A stretch of 64,000 nucleotides of DNA from a bacterium (GTDB lineage: Bacteria > Arandabacterota > Arandabacteria > Arandabacterales > Arandabacteraceae). Location of the stretch: assembly GCA_029933125.1 (NCBI GenBank), contig JAOZOU010000004.1:200879-264878 (forward strand). Direction: 5' to 3'. Position 1 is the first letter of the stretch, and each line of letters opens with the position of its first letter. This document shows positions 10,482 to 19,886 of the stretch, one piece after another. Under the pieces are notes generated by a model. That model saw nothing but the letters and a program-made list of their open reading frames with translations, had not been told where the DNA came from and did not search any database. A program made the position numbers and the translations under genes.

Positions 10482-10510
10482 TTGACAAGGTTGGGTGGGG
10501 ATATTATGGT
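10482..10510 (+). promoter_or_regulatory. Sigma-70 promoter for exbB-exbD-exbD-tonB
   Basis: TTGACA (10482-10487), 17 nt, TATGGT (10505-10510). Confidence 0.6.
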
Positions 10511-10615
10511 TTATGCGATCAATCACATGGTCGTTTGATCGGGTGCTTACCGATCGACGGCCTATTAATGTGGTTAGGACAGACTAGGGATAACTTCCAC
10601 AAGGAGAAGGGTAGA

Positions 10616-11449
10616 ATGAATCGCATGAGGCTCTGGCTCTTTTTGCTCACAGTTGCTGCAGGTCTTGTTTTTGCTTTGGCTTGTCATGCTCAGGAGCAGG
10701 CTACAACCGAGCAGGCAGCCACTGATACCTCCATTGCGGCGATGTTGAAATCCCTCGAGGCACCCCCAGAAGAAGCTCAAGCTGCTGAAGAGGGATTCGT
10801 AGCCAGGATACGCAAGAGCGGACTGGTGACCCTTTTCTTAAAAGGTGGAATCTTCATGTATTTCCTCTTGGGCACATCCATTGTTGGTGTGGCTGTTATC
10901 ATAGAGCGTGCGATTACACTGAGTCGCGCTAGGACTGACGTGCGGAAGCTGATGAAGCGAGTGCTTGATGCCCTTCATTCAAAGGGAGTTGAGGCAGCTG
11001 CCCACGAGTGTGAGAGAACCCGGGGACCGATTGCGGCGATCCTTCATGCTGGTCTTAAGCGTGCAGAGCGAGGAACGGAGGCTGTTGAGCGAGCAATTGA
11101 GACTGCCGGTACGATTGAAACCTCTTTCCTCGAACGGGGTCTTATCTGGTTGGCAACAGTTGCAACGATTGCCCCACTCTTAGGCTTCCTCGGAACAGTT
11201 TCAGGAATGATTCGAGCCTTCAACGCGATTGCTGAGGCTGAACAGGTCAATGCCAAGCTTGTTGCATCGGGTATCTCAGAGGCTCTTATCACAACCGCTA
11301 CTGGGCTTTTGATAGCTATTCCTGTTCAAGCATTTCATAATTTCTTTGTTTCTCAGATAGATCGTTTTATAATAGAGATGGAGGAGTCAACAGCAGATCT
11401 AATAGATACGCTGATCATGCTTGGCGCTGTAAAGGAAACCCAAGACTAA
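10616..11449 (+). CDS. exbB: MotA/TolQ/ExbB proton channel protein with N-terminal extension
   Basis: AAGGAG RBS then ATG 10616; APLLGFLGTVSGMI and GISEALITTA.GL.IAIP motifs. Confidence 0.92.
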   Translation: MNRMRLWLFLLTVAAGLVFALACHAQEQATTEQAATDTSIAAMLKSLEAPPEEAQAAEEGFVARIRKSGLVTLFLKGGIFMYFLLGTSIVGVAVIIERAITLSRARTDVRKLMKRVLDALHSKGVEAAAHECERTRGPIAAILHAGLKRAERGTEAVERAIETAGTIETSFLERGLIWLATVATIAPLLGFLGTVSGMIRAFNAIAEAEQVNAKLVASGISEALITTATGLLIAIPVQAFHNFFVSQIDRFIIEMEESTADLIDTLIMLGAVKETQD

Positions 11450-11463
11450 AGGGGTGAGCGACA

Positions 11464-11871
11464 GTGAAATTCGGACGAAGAGCCAAGGTTTCGGATGAGA
11501 TACCAAATGCATCGCTCTCCGATATAGCATTCTTACTCCTCATATTCTTCATGGTGAGCACAGTCTTTGCAATTGAGGAAGGGCTTCTGCTTCAGCTGCC
11601 AAGCAAAGAAGGTGTTGTTAAGAAGATTGCTCGTAAGAACATAATGCGCATCTCGATTTATGCTGATGGCAACATAACCGTTGATGATCAGCCAGTTACC
11701 TTGGATCAGATAAGGCAAAAAGTTGAGCAAGCTCAGGTGGAGAATCCTAAGATCGTCTTTGTTGTTGAGACTTCACCCGAAGCCAGATATGGTCAGATGG
11801 TGGATGTTCTCGATGAACTTAAATTAGCTAAAGCTACAAGGGTTTCACTAAAGCGGCTTGAGGAAAAGTGA
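11464..11871 (+). CDS. exbD: Biopolymer transporter ExbD/TolR
   Basis: SLSDIAFLLLIFFMV TM segment with conserved Asp; YG..V.VLDELK. Confidence 0.92.
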   Translation: MKFGRRAKVSDEIPNASLSDIAFLLLIFFMVSTVFAIEEGLLLQLPSKEGVVKKIARKNIMRISIYADGNITVDDQPVTLDQIRQKVEQAQVENPKIVFVVETSPEARYGQMVDVLDELKLAKATRVSLKRLEEK

Positions 11872-11880
11872 AGGTAGGCT

Positions 11881-12300
11881 ATGGCTAGGTTTCAGAAGAA
11901 GATCCGTGCCGAGAGTAAGATTCCGACCTCTTCAATGGCGGATATCGCCTTCTTGCTCCTTATCTTCTTTATGGTTACAACAGTTCTTAAGCTTGAGGAA
12001 GGACTCCCCATAGCATTGCCGAAAGCGGAGGCAGCTGAGGATATTCCCCGAGAGAACGTGATTCACATATGGGTTGACCGCACGGGCAAGATCTCGATAA
12101 ATGACATGATAGTCAAGACCGGTGCTGTTGAGGGGATCGTTTCTCAGAGATTGAGGTCAAATCCTGGAATAATAGTTGCCTTCTACACGGATGAAAATGC
12201 CCCCTATGGAGTAATGGATGACATAATGGAGCAGCTTAAGAGGGCAAGTGCGGTCAGGGTATCCTTTGCATCCAAGAAGGAGAAGCTTCGCTTAAGATAG
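11881..12300 (+). CDS. exbD: Biopolymer transporter ExbD/TolR (second copy)
   Basis: SMADIAFLLLIFFMVTT TM segment with conserved Asp. Confidence 0.92.
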   Translation: MARFQKKIRAESKIPTSSMADIAFLLLIFFMVTTVLKLEEGLPIALPKAEAAEDIPRENVIHIWVDRTGKISINDMIVKTGAVEGIVSQRLRSNPGIIVAFYTDENAPYGVMDDIMEQLKRASAVRVSFASKKEKLRLR

Positions 12301-12307
12301 GAGATGA

Positions 12308-12925
12308 GTGTCAGTGACAGCTTATGCTGAACTCAAAGCGAAATATCCCAAGTATCTTGAAATTGGATTCCTGCTTGCGATTGTGATCCATGCAGTTGCT
12401 TTCGCTTTCTGGCCGGAGTATGTGCCTTCGGTCTATAAGCTCAGGGAGGAGAAATTTGAAGTTGTCGATATTCCACCCGAGATAGAGATACCCCCACCAC
12501 CTGAGGAGATAGCCAGACCAGAGGTCGCTGTCGAGATCGAGGCAAGTGATGAGGCAAGTGAGGAGGAGACCATTGCGCCGACGATGTTCGACGCCGAGAA
12601 TCTACCACCTGCTCCTCCACCTCCACCACCTGAACCTGAGATGTTTTTTGCGTTCGATACCTATCCGCAGGTGATTCATGCAGCTAAGCCTAAGTATCCT
12701 GAACTGGCTCGCAAGGCCGAGGTCGAAGGTACTGTTGTGGTGATGGTTACTATTGATGAAACCGGCAAGGTCATAAATGCGTGGATTGCCCAGTCCGATG
12801 CCCCGATCCTCAATGATGCTGCTATTGAAGCAGCCTATAAGTTCAAGTTTACGCCCGCTAAGCAGCGCGATGTGCCTGTGAAGGCAACCATTAGTATTCC
12901 ATTTAGATTTTCGCTTACCGAGTAG
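12308..12925 (+). CDS. tonB: Energy transducer TonB
   Basis: N-terminal TM segment with His; Pro-rich linker; C-terminal YPELAR..VEG.V.V...IDE.G.V domain. Confidence 0.92.
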   Translation: MSVTAYAELKAKYPKYLEIGFLLAIVIHAVAFAFWPEYVPSVYKLREEKFEVVDIPPEIEIPPPPEEIARPEVAVEIEASDEASEEETIAPTMFDAENLPPAPPPPPPEPEMFFAFDTYPQVIHAAKPKYPELARKAEVEGTVVVMVTIDETGKVINAWIAQSDAPILNDAAIEAAYKFKFTPAKQRDVPVKATISIPFRFSLTE

Positions 12926-13010
12926 GTGCACTCCTATTACACCTTCAAGTCTTGTAAGTTGCCCTCCTTCGTGGTATAGGTACGTTGAGGCATTCTAAAG
13001 GAGGGCAACT

Positions 13011-13697
13011 ATGAACGGTTTGGGCAATCTCACATCGATATTCTTCAATCCTGAGAAGGTGGCAACATCTGTTGCTGAGAAACCTCGTTGGCTGCCTGCT
13101 TTTGTTATCTTTCTAGTCGTTATGGCGCTTGTCGGCTATGGCAGCTACAACTATGCCATAGATACCCAGTATGGGGTGGCGGCTAAGGTTGGGGAAGGTG
13201 GGAAATCCCAGGAGGTTTATATGGCATTTCTTAAGTCACCCGCCATTCGTATAATCTCAAGCATAGTTCAGGGTATCTCGATGTTTGTAACGTTTGTCCT
13301 CATTCCAGCTGCCTTGCTCAACTCCATTGCTTCTATCGTGGGGACCCCGGTTGGCTTTAAGAGGATGCTTGCCTATATGTCCCATGTTGGTCTCATAATT
13401 GCCGCCGGTCAAATTGTTCGATTTCTCCTGATTATGGCAAAGCACACCCCCGACGTCAGATTGAGCCCTGCCGCATTCTTCCCTAATCTCGCATTGTTTT
13501 CCCCCATGATGACTTTTCTCTCATCCTTTGACATCTTCTCGATATGGGCTTTGATAGCAGTTGTCGTCGGTTACAAGGAATTGGCGAAAATGAAGATGAG
13601 TAAAGCCGTGCTTGTGGTTGTAAGCCTTTGGCTGATAGGAGTTGGTATCCTGGTTGGCCTTGTCGTGTTAAGGGGTTTGTTTGTTCGTAAAGTATAG
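13011..13697 (+). CDS. Yip1-family membrane protein (YknW-like)
   Basis: IFF.P......EKP.W start, 5 TM segments, D.FSIW motif; precedes MacAB-TolC-type genes. Confidence 0.75.
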   Translation: MNGLGNLTSIFFNPEKVATSVAEKPRWLPAFVIFLVVMALVGYGSYNYAIDTQYGVAAKVGEGGKSQEVYMAFLKSPAIRIISSIVQGISMFVTFVLIPAALLNSIASIVGTPVGFKRMLAYMSHVGLIIAAGQIVRFLLIMAKHTPDVRLSPAAFFPNLALFSPMMTFLSSFDIFSIWALIAVVVGYKELAKMKMSKAVLVVVSLWLIGVGILVGLVVLRGLFVRKV

Positions 13698-13711
13698 GAA
13701 GGGGGAAGGGC

Positions 13712-15034
13712 ATGAAGCTAAGTAGCCGTCGCCTCGTATTTGGCTTGGGTTCGCTGTTAATCTGGACCTGTTTTTGCAGTCCCAGCCATGCATCCGTCGA
13801 TACATTGCACATCAATCTCGACGAGTGTGTAAGGCTTGCTCTCACCGTCAATACGGAGGTCGTTAAGGCACGCTACCAGCTCAAGCAAGCCTCCAGCTAT
13901 GTTCTAACTTCTGCGTCACAATTGCTTCCAACACTCGGTTTTCAATCGACCCATTCAAAGTATGAAGAGTCCTTTCTGCGTCAGGTTGGCGATCGTGTAA
14001 TAGTTACTGACGAGAGCTATACAGCTTCGCTTGCCCTATATGAATCCTTCACAATTGGTGGTATCATGGGAACACTGGAATCCATGGAGGCACGTCAGGC
14101 ATCGTCACATAATCTCCGCAAGGTGAGGCAGGAAATTGCCTATCTTGCTCGTGAGAAATATCTCAGCGTTCTAAGAGCGAAGCATCTTCTCGAGGTAAGG
14201 GAGGATGCGCTTGATCTCAGTAAGCGTCGTCTGGAGAAGGCTAAAGCTATGCTTGATGTTGGTTCTGGAGTTCGCTTAGATGTCTTAAGAGCTCAAGTTC
14301 AGGTAAGTAACGATCAGATGGATGTTATTGCGGCGAGAAATGCTTTGCGTCTGGCTGAGGCCGGTCTCAGGCATTTCCTGAAGCTTGATCCTCAACTTGT
14401 TCTCGACCTTGAAGATGTAAGTGAAACTCGAGATCTTGATATTGAGCTTGAAGAAGCTCTTAGGGAGGCTTCAAGCAACCGTGCTGATATCCATTCAGCT
14501 GAGGCGAATCTTCGAGCAGCTTCACGCCAGGTGTGGAGGGAGCGCGGGGGTTGGTTTCCCTCGCTTACATTCAGATGGTCAGACAGATACACAGGGAACA
14601 AGTTTCCAGAAAGAGTTTCCACTCTTTCTGATGATGCCAAGTGGAGCTGGGATCTTACAGCCTCCATCAATCTCTTCGATGGTTTCTACACTTTCAGTCG
14701 AGTGCGAAATGCAAAGGCTGCAAGGGAGATCGCCAGACAGGAGCTTGATCAATTCATGAGGGATGCGGCTTTAGAAGTAAGGCAGGCCTATTATGATATG
14801 GAGGAGGCGAGAGAGCGGCTTGATGTTAGCCGCAAGACAGTTCAGCTTGCCCAAGAGGAGCTTAAGTTGGCTGAGGAGAGCTACAGGCTTGGCACTGCTA
14901 CCATGCTAGAACTGATTGATGCTCAGGTCTCCTTGAGTCAGGCTAAGGTGGCCCATGTCGAGGCTGTCTACGACTATATTCTGTCGCAGGCAAAGCTCCT
15001 CAAGGCAATCGGGAAGGACGGGGTCGAAGGATGA
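13712..15034 (+). CDS. TolC-family outer-membrane efflux protein
   Basis: Signal peptide; two OEP repeats (DVLRAQV; Y.LG.ATMLELIDAQ). Confidence 0.9.
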   Translation: MKLSSRRLVFGLGSLLIWTCFCSPSHASVDTLHINLDECVRLALTVNTEVVKARYQLKQASSYVLTSASQLLPTLGFQSTHSKYEESFLRQVGDRVIVTDESYTASLALYESFTIGGIMGTLESMEARQASSHNLRKVRQEIAYLAREKYLSVLRAKHLLEVREDALDLSKRRLEKAKAMLDVGSGVRLDVLRAQVQVSNDQMDVIAARNALRLAEAGLRHFLKLDPQLVLDLEDVSETRDLDIELEEALREASSNRADIHSAEANLRAASRQVWRERGGWFPSLTFRWSDRYTGNKFPERVSTLSDDAKWSWDLTASINLFDGFYTFSRVRNAKAAREIARQELDQFMRDAALEVRQAYYDMEEARERLDVSRKTVQLAQEELKLAEESYRLGTATMLELIDAQVSLSQAKVAHVEAVYDYILSQAKLLKAIGKDGVEG

Positions 15035-16215
15035 GCAAGAAAAAACTCATTTTAATTTTGGGTGCTGTTGCGGGAATAGGTGCGATTGTTGTAGCTAACC
15101 TGCGGCTTTCATATGAGCCAAGTGTTGGGGTTGAGGTAACGAAGGTTGGGCGGGGCAAAGTTGTCGAGAAGGTTTCAGGTCCAGGAGTTGTGCAAGCTGT
15201 CTCCTCTGTCAAAATTAGCTCTTCTGTCATGGGGAGAATTGTCACACTCATGGTCAAGGAGGGAGACCACGTTGAGAAGGGGGATACCCTCCTTATGATT
15301 GAATCATCACAATATCGAGCACGCCTTGAACAGGCTCAGGCTGCCTTCAAGGCTGCTCTTGCTAGGCTTGAGCTTGCGAGAGCCAGGCTTGGTGAGGCCA
15401 AAGATGACCTCGAAAGGGAGTCAAAGCTGGCTGAGGCTAATCTTGTCTCCTCCAGAGAAGTCGAGAGAGCTAGAACAGCTTTTGCTGTCGCGAAGGCTGA
15501 GTTCGATGCAGCTGAACATGCAGCTCGAGAGGCCGAAGCATCTCTTGAGGCTGCACGGGACGATCTTGAGAAGACAGTCATCACATCGCCCATATCTGGC
15601 ACTGTGACAAGTCTCAATGTGGAGCAGGGTGAGATAGTCATCACCGGTACAATGAACAATCCTGGAACAGTCATAATGACTATAAGCAAGCTTGATACCA
15701 TGGAGGTAAGGGCTGAGATCGACGAAACCGACATCACAAAGGTTGCTCCTGGTCAGATAGCTGAGATAAGCGTAGATGCTTTTGCTGACACATTGCTAAG
15801 GGGTGTGGTCTCAAGTGTAGGCAGCTCAGCTCGCTCAACAGCCTCATCTGGTCAAAGAGCAGCCTTCGAGGTCAGAGTTAGAATCCTTGAGAATTTAGCC
15901 GGGCTGAGGCCTGGTATGACTACAACTGTCGATATAATTACGGCAAGCGAAGACAGTGCTACCTATGTTCCTCTCCAGGCACTTGTATTGAGGGATATTA
16001 AGACGGATGACGGGAAGATACAAAAGGAGGGCATATTCATCGTTGATAATGGCCGAAGCAAGTTTTTGCCAGTCACAACGGGAATTTCAGATGATCTTCA
16101 CATTGCGATTCTTGATAGCTTAAGTGAGGACACAGATGTGATCGTGGGACCCTTCAGAATACTTCGAGATCTCGAGGATAGCACCAAGGTCAAGATTATC
16201 AGGCGAAGGCAATGA
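15031..16215 (+). CDS. MacA-like periplasmic adaptor (membrane fusion protein)
   Basis: N-terminal TM segment; lipoyl-like VKEGDHVEKGD; coiled-coil hairpin; I.SPISGTV, IDETDI, LRPGMT. Confidence 0.9.
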   Translation: MSKKKLILILGAVAGIGAIVVANLRLSYEPSVGVEVTKVGRGKVVEKVSGPGVVQAVSSVKISSSVMGRIVTLMVKEGDHVEKGDTLLMIESSQYRARLEQAQAAFKAALARLELARARLGEAKDDLERESKLAEANLVSSREVERARTAFAVAKAEFDAAEHAAREAEASLEAARDDLEKTVITSPISGTVTSLNVEQGEIVITGTMNNPGTVIMTISKLDTMEVRAEIDETDITKVAPGQIAEISVDAFADTLLRGVVSSVGSSARSTASSGQRAAFEVRVRILENLAGLRPGMTTTVDIITASEDSATYVPLQALVLRDIKTDDGKIQKEGIFIVDNGRSKFLPVTTGISDDLHIAILDSLSEDTDVIVGPFRILRDLEDSTKVKIIRRRQ

Positions 16216-17432
16216 CTTTCGTAGATCTGCTCCGCATTTCCTCAACTTCTCTGCTCAGGCACAAGCTACGATCAGCCCTTACTATCCTTGGCATAGTGAT
16301 AGGAATACTTTCGGTTTCCTCTATCACAGCAATTGTGCGCGGAATAGACAGCTATGTAGCCAGTATCCTAGGAGCTCTTGGCTCTCAGGGTTTCCTAGTT
16401 ACCAAGATAGGCATTCCAAAGAGTGAACAGGACTATTTCAAAGCCCTGAGACGTAGGGAGCTTGAGCCCGAGATGGCTGAAATCATAAAGTCGAGGTGCC
16501 CATCAGTTGCCTATGCAAGCCCAGTGCTCAGAGCAAGCGCCGAGGTAAAGGTCGGAAAGCGAAGTTCTAAGGGCGTCACCATCGAGGGAACCAACTCTGA
16601 CATTCAGTATATGACGGATGCGGAGCTTGAGGATGGACGCTACTTCAATGAGTACGAGACTCAGCATGGCAGAAACGTATGTATTCTTGGACACGATGTT
16701 AGTGAGAAGCTATTCGCTGGCAGAAGTGCCATAGGTGGGCACATTTACATAAGGGGGCATCGTTTCACAGTTATCGGGTTGCACAGCGGCATGGGTACCT
16801 TTTTTGGCATCTCGAGAGATTCATTCCTAAGAATTCCGTATACCACATTTCGCAGGATTTTTGGAAAACCGATTGGAACTGAGATTTCGGTGAAGAGCCT
16901 TGAGCCTGAGCTCACAGATCAGGCAGTTGAGGAAACACGGGCGGTTTTGCGTAGGCTCAGGAAACTACGGCCCGACGAGGAAGATGACTTCGGGATTCTG
17001 ACCTCTGAGATGTTGATGCGGATGTGGAGAACTATCTCAACCAACATATTCATAGTCACGATTGGAGTTGGGAGCATAGCATTGCTTGTGGGCGGAATTG
17101 GTATCATGAATATCATGTTTGTTTCCGTCAAGGAACGCACAATGGAGATAGGTTTGAGGAAAGCTACAGGAGCTAGGCGAAAGGATATCGTGTTTCAATT
17201 TCTGACAGAATCGATTCTGCTTTGTTTGGGCGGTGGTTTTCTCGGTATCTTGCTTGGAGCTATGGGTGCCAAAGCGCTTGCCTGGAAGACCAACATTCCT
17301 GTCGCAGTTGAATGGTGGGCTATACTTCTAGGATTGGGCGTTGCGGTCGCTGTGGGGATCTTCTTCGGAGTATATCCTGCGGTAAGAGCTGCGTCACTTG
17401 CACCATACGATGCCCTGAGGTATGAGAAGTGA
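16212..17432 (+). CDS. MacB/FtsX-family ABC permease
   Basis: RSALTILGIVIG; VGGIGIMNIM.VSVKERT.EIGLRKA.GA; YPA.RAA.L.P..ALRYE. Confidence 0.92.
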   Translation: MTFVDLLRISSTSLLRHKLRSALTILGIVIGILSVSSITAIVRGIDSYVASILGALGSQGFLVTKIGIPKSEQDYFKALRRRELEPEMAEIIKSRCPSVAYASPVLRASAEVKVGKRSSKGVTIEGTNSDIQYMTDAELEDGRYFNEYETQHGRNVCILGHDVSEKLFAGRSAIGGHIYIRGHRFTVIGLHSGMGTFFGISRDSFLRIPYTTFRRIFGKPIGTEISVKSLEPELTDQAVEETRAVLRRLRKLRPDEEDDFGILTSEMLMRMWRTISTNIFIVTIGVGSIALLVGGIGIMNIMFVSVKERTMEIGLRKATGARRKDIVFQFLTESILLCLGGGFLGILLGAMGAKALAWKTNIPVAVEWWAILLGLGVAVAVGIFFGVYPAVRAASLAPYDALRYEK

Positions 17433-18637
17433 AATGGGTCGGTGAAACGGTAAGGGTTGCAATATCTTCGCTACTTGCGAACAGACTTAGAACACTCCTT
17501 ACGGTTATTGGAGTGATAATCGGTATTGGAACGATAATTGCCATGTTGGCTCTCATTAACGGTATCAATAGATCTGTCCTGACCGAGTTTGAAAGACTTG
17601 GACCAAATGTGATCTTTATAACACTAGAAGAACCAGGATTGCGTGTAGGTTTTTCTGCGGTCAGGAGGAAACGCATAACCTATCGCGAGGTTGAGCAGTT
17701 AAGGCGGAGATGTGATTCTATTGATAAGATGTCGATCATTTCCCAGCAGCGGTCGGTCGTCAGCTATCGTGGAAGAGACAATGTTGTGACCCTTCTGGGC
17801 GTGCAGGCTGATTATGATGAAGTTGCAGCCCTGAGGCTTGCTGAAGGGAGATTCTTCAATGAGGTTGAGGAAAAGGGGTTGAGAAGGTGTGTCTTGGGTG
17901 CTGAGGTTGCCAAGAATTTCTTTGGAAAGGCATCACCACTTGGTAAATTCGTCGAAATAGGGGGACAGCGCTTCAGGATAATTGGAGTCCTGCAAGAGTC
18001 TGGTGTGGTTATGGGAACCAGGTACGATGATGCTGTCTTCATTCCCTATCCCTGGACTAGGGCGATGTTTGGAGAGCGCAGGGATAACTACGTTATGTTG
18101 CTTCCTAATCATGACGTCAATCCCGATGATGCTGTTGAGCATATAAGACTCACACTGCGTTCGATAAGGAAAATACCGCGTGGCTCTGATGACACATTTG
18201 CGATTTCTACTCAGCAGGGAATGCTCGAGACATATAACAAGTTGACAGGTTCAATATACTGGGTTATGAGAATAGTGGCATCAATTGCTCTTCTGGTTAG
18301 TGGTATAGGTATAATGAACATTATGCTGGTCAGTGTGATGGAGAGAACTCGTGAGATAGGTCTGCGTAAGGCTATAGGTGCGAATCGTGCTACTATCGCA
18401 GTCCAATTCCTCATTGAGGCTGTGATTTTGACGAGTATAGGTGGAATTGCTGGAATAGGTTTCGGCTACCTGGTTCGCCTGCTCGTTGGCACTTTGACAC
18501 CCCTACCTGCGAGTGTTCCTCTCTGGGCAATACCGTTTGCTCTCGGGATTTGCTGTGGTATTGGCATCTTTTTTGGACTCTATCCTGCGTTGAGGGCTTC
18601 CGCCCTTGATCCAGTCAAGGCTTTGAGATATGAATGA
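17429..18637 (+). CDS. MacB/FtsX-family ABC permease (second)
   Basis: RTLLTVIGVIIG; GIGIMNIMLVSV.ERTREIGLRKAIGA; LDPVKALRYE. Confidence 0.92.
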   Translation: MKWVGETVRVAISSLLANRLRTLLTVIGVIIGIGTIIAMLALINGINRSVLTEFERLGPNVIFITLEEPGLRVGFSAVRRKRITYREVEQLRRRCDSIDKMSIISQQRSVVSYRGRDNVVTLLGVQADYDEVAALRLAEGRFFNEVEEKGLRRCVLGAEVAKNFFGKASPLGKFVEIGGQRFRIIGVLQESGVVMGTRYDDAVFIPYPWTRAMFGERRDNYVMLLPNHDVNPDDAVEHIRLTLRSIRKIPRGSDDTFAISTQQGMLETYNKLTGSIYWVMRIVASIALLVSGIGIMNIMLVSVMERTREIGLRKAIGANRATIAVQFLIEAVILTSIGGIAGIGFGYLVRLLVGTLTPLPASVPLWAIPFALGICCGIGIFFGLYPALRASALDPVKALRYE

Positions 18638-19886
18638 CAAACTCTACAGGGTGCCTGTCTTTTTGATAGCGATCTTTCTATGCTCAACGAGTCTTGCTCA
18701 GATAACCTACCTGCCTGCATGCTCATCGCTAACCCCCTTCTTTTGTGTAGATGCGGCATACTTTGTGGAAGATGGTAACTGTGTGGTTGAGACCTTCTTT
18801 GAGATCTGTAACGAAGGTCTGCAGTTCGTCAAAACCGATGGAGGCTTCAAGGGGCAGGTGGATGTCTCTGTTGTCATCATGGATGATAAGGATCGTCAGG
18901 TGGCTGGCGATACATATCGCCTTAGATTGTATGCTTCCAAGTATGACGAGACAACATCGGTGGATTCCTGTCGAACCAAGGTATTGAGACTTAAGGTGAG
19001 GCCTGGGAAGTTTAGGCTGATCGTTAAAGCGTATGATAACGACTCGAGGGCTAAAAGCGTTATCGAGGGACTCTTGACAGTGCCTGACATGGACAGCCTT
19101 CCTACCCTGAGTGATCTCGTCCTTTTGAAGCCAAGTGAACATCCTGGTGGAAAACGTTGGGGCAATTATGTTCCCGCGGTTAGGAGGAAACTCAATGTAA
19201 GCGAGGAAAAAACTGCTCTCTATTATGAGGTGTATTGTCATGACTACGGGGATTCGCTTACCCTGAGGCAGACAATATCAGATAAGAATGGCAAAGCGCT
19301 TGTCAGGCATGAAAAGCATATCTTCGGAGCGGGCAAGGTCGTCGAGCTTTCAGATCTGGGGGTGGATTCGCTCTCCAACGGACATTATGAGCTCGAAGTG
19401 GTCTTGGCAAGAAGCGATGGCTCAGTTGTGTGTAAGCGGCAAAAGGAATTCGAAGTTTTCTCAGAAGCCTTCTACTTCGACAGGGATGTTGAGGGTGCGG
19501 TCGCACTTTTAACATATATAGCGAGCGGCAGCTTCATAGACGCCTTTGAGAAGGCAGATGCTGAGGAACGTAAGCGGCTCTGGGAGGAGTTCTGGCGGGA
19601 AAAAGATCCCACTCCGCAGACTCCTAAAAACGAATTCTATGAGGAGCACGTGCGCAGATTTAGTTACGCGAATCAGCACTTTGCCACTTCGATGACCGAG
19701 GGTTGGAGGACAGATCGTGGTAGAATCTACATAATCTATGGTGAGCCCGATGAAATCGAAAAGTATCCAGGCGAAGTTAGACGTAAGCCGATGGAGGTTT
19801 GGTACTATTACAGTCGCGGCAAGCGGTTCATTTTCGTAGATGAGACCGGTTTTGGTGACTATGTCCTCGTTGGTCAATATCGCTAA
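18630..19886 (+). CDS. GWxTD domain-containing protein
   Basis: Signal peptide; FW...DPTP.T.KNE; canonical GWRTDRGRIYIIYGEPD; FVDETGFGDY.L. Confidence 0.9.
   Translation: MNDKLYRVPVFLIAIFLCSTSLAQITYLPACSSLTPFFCVDAAYFVEDGNCVVETFFEICNEGLQFVKTDGGFKGQVDVSVVIMDDKDRQVAGDTYRLRLYASKYDETTSVDSCRTKVLRLKVRPGKFRLIVKAYDNDSRAKSVIEGLLTVPDMDSLPTLSDLVLLKPSEHPGGKRWGNYVPAVRRKLNVSEEKTALYYEVYCHDYGDSLTLRQTISDKNGKALVRHEKHIFGAGKVVELSDLGVDSLSNGHYELEVVLARSDGSVVCKRQKEFEVFSEAFYFDRDVEGAVALLTYIASGSFIDAFEKADAEERKRLWEEFWREKDPTPQTPKNEFYEEHVRRFSYANQHFATSMTEGWRTDRGRIYIIYGEPDEIEKYPGEVRRKPMEVWYYYSRGKRFIFVDETGFGDYVLVGQYR

Noticed and set aside
12470..12640. CCACCT-type short repeats
   Set aside because: They encode the normal proline-rich TonB linker
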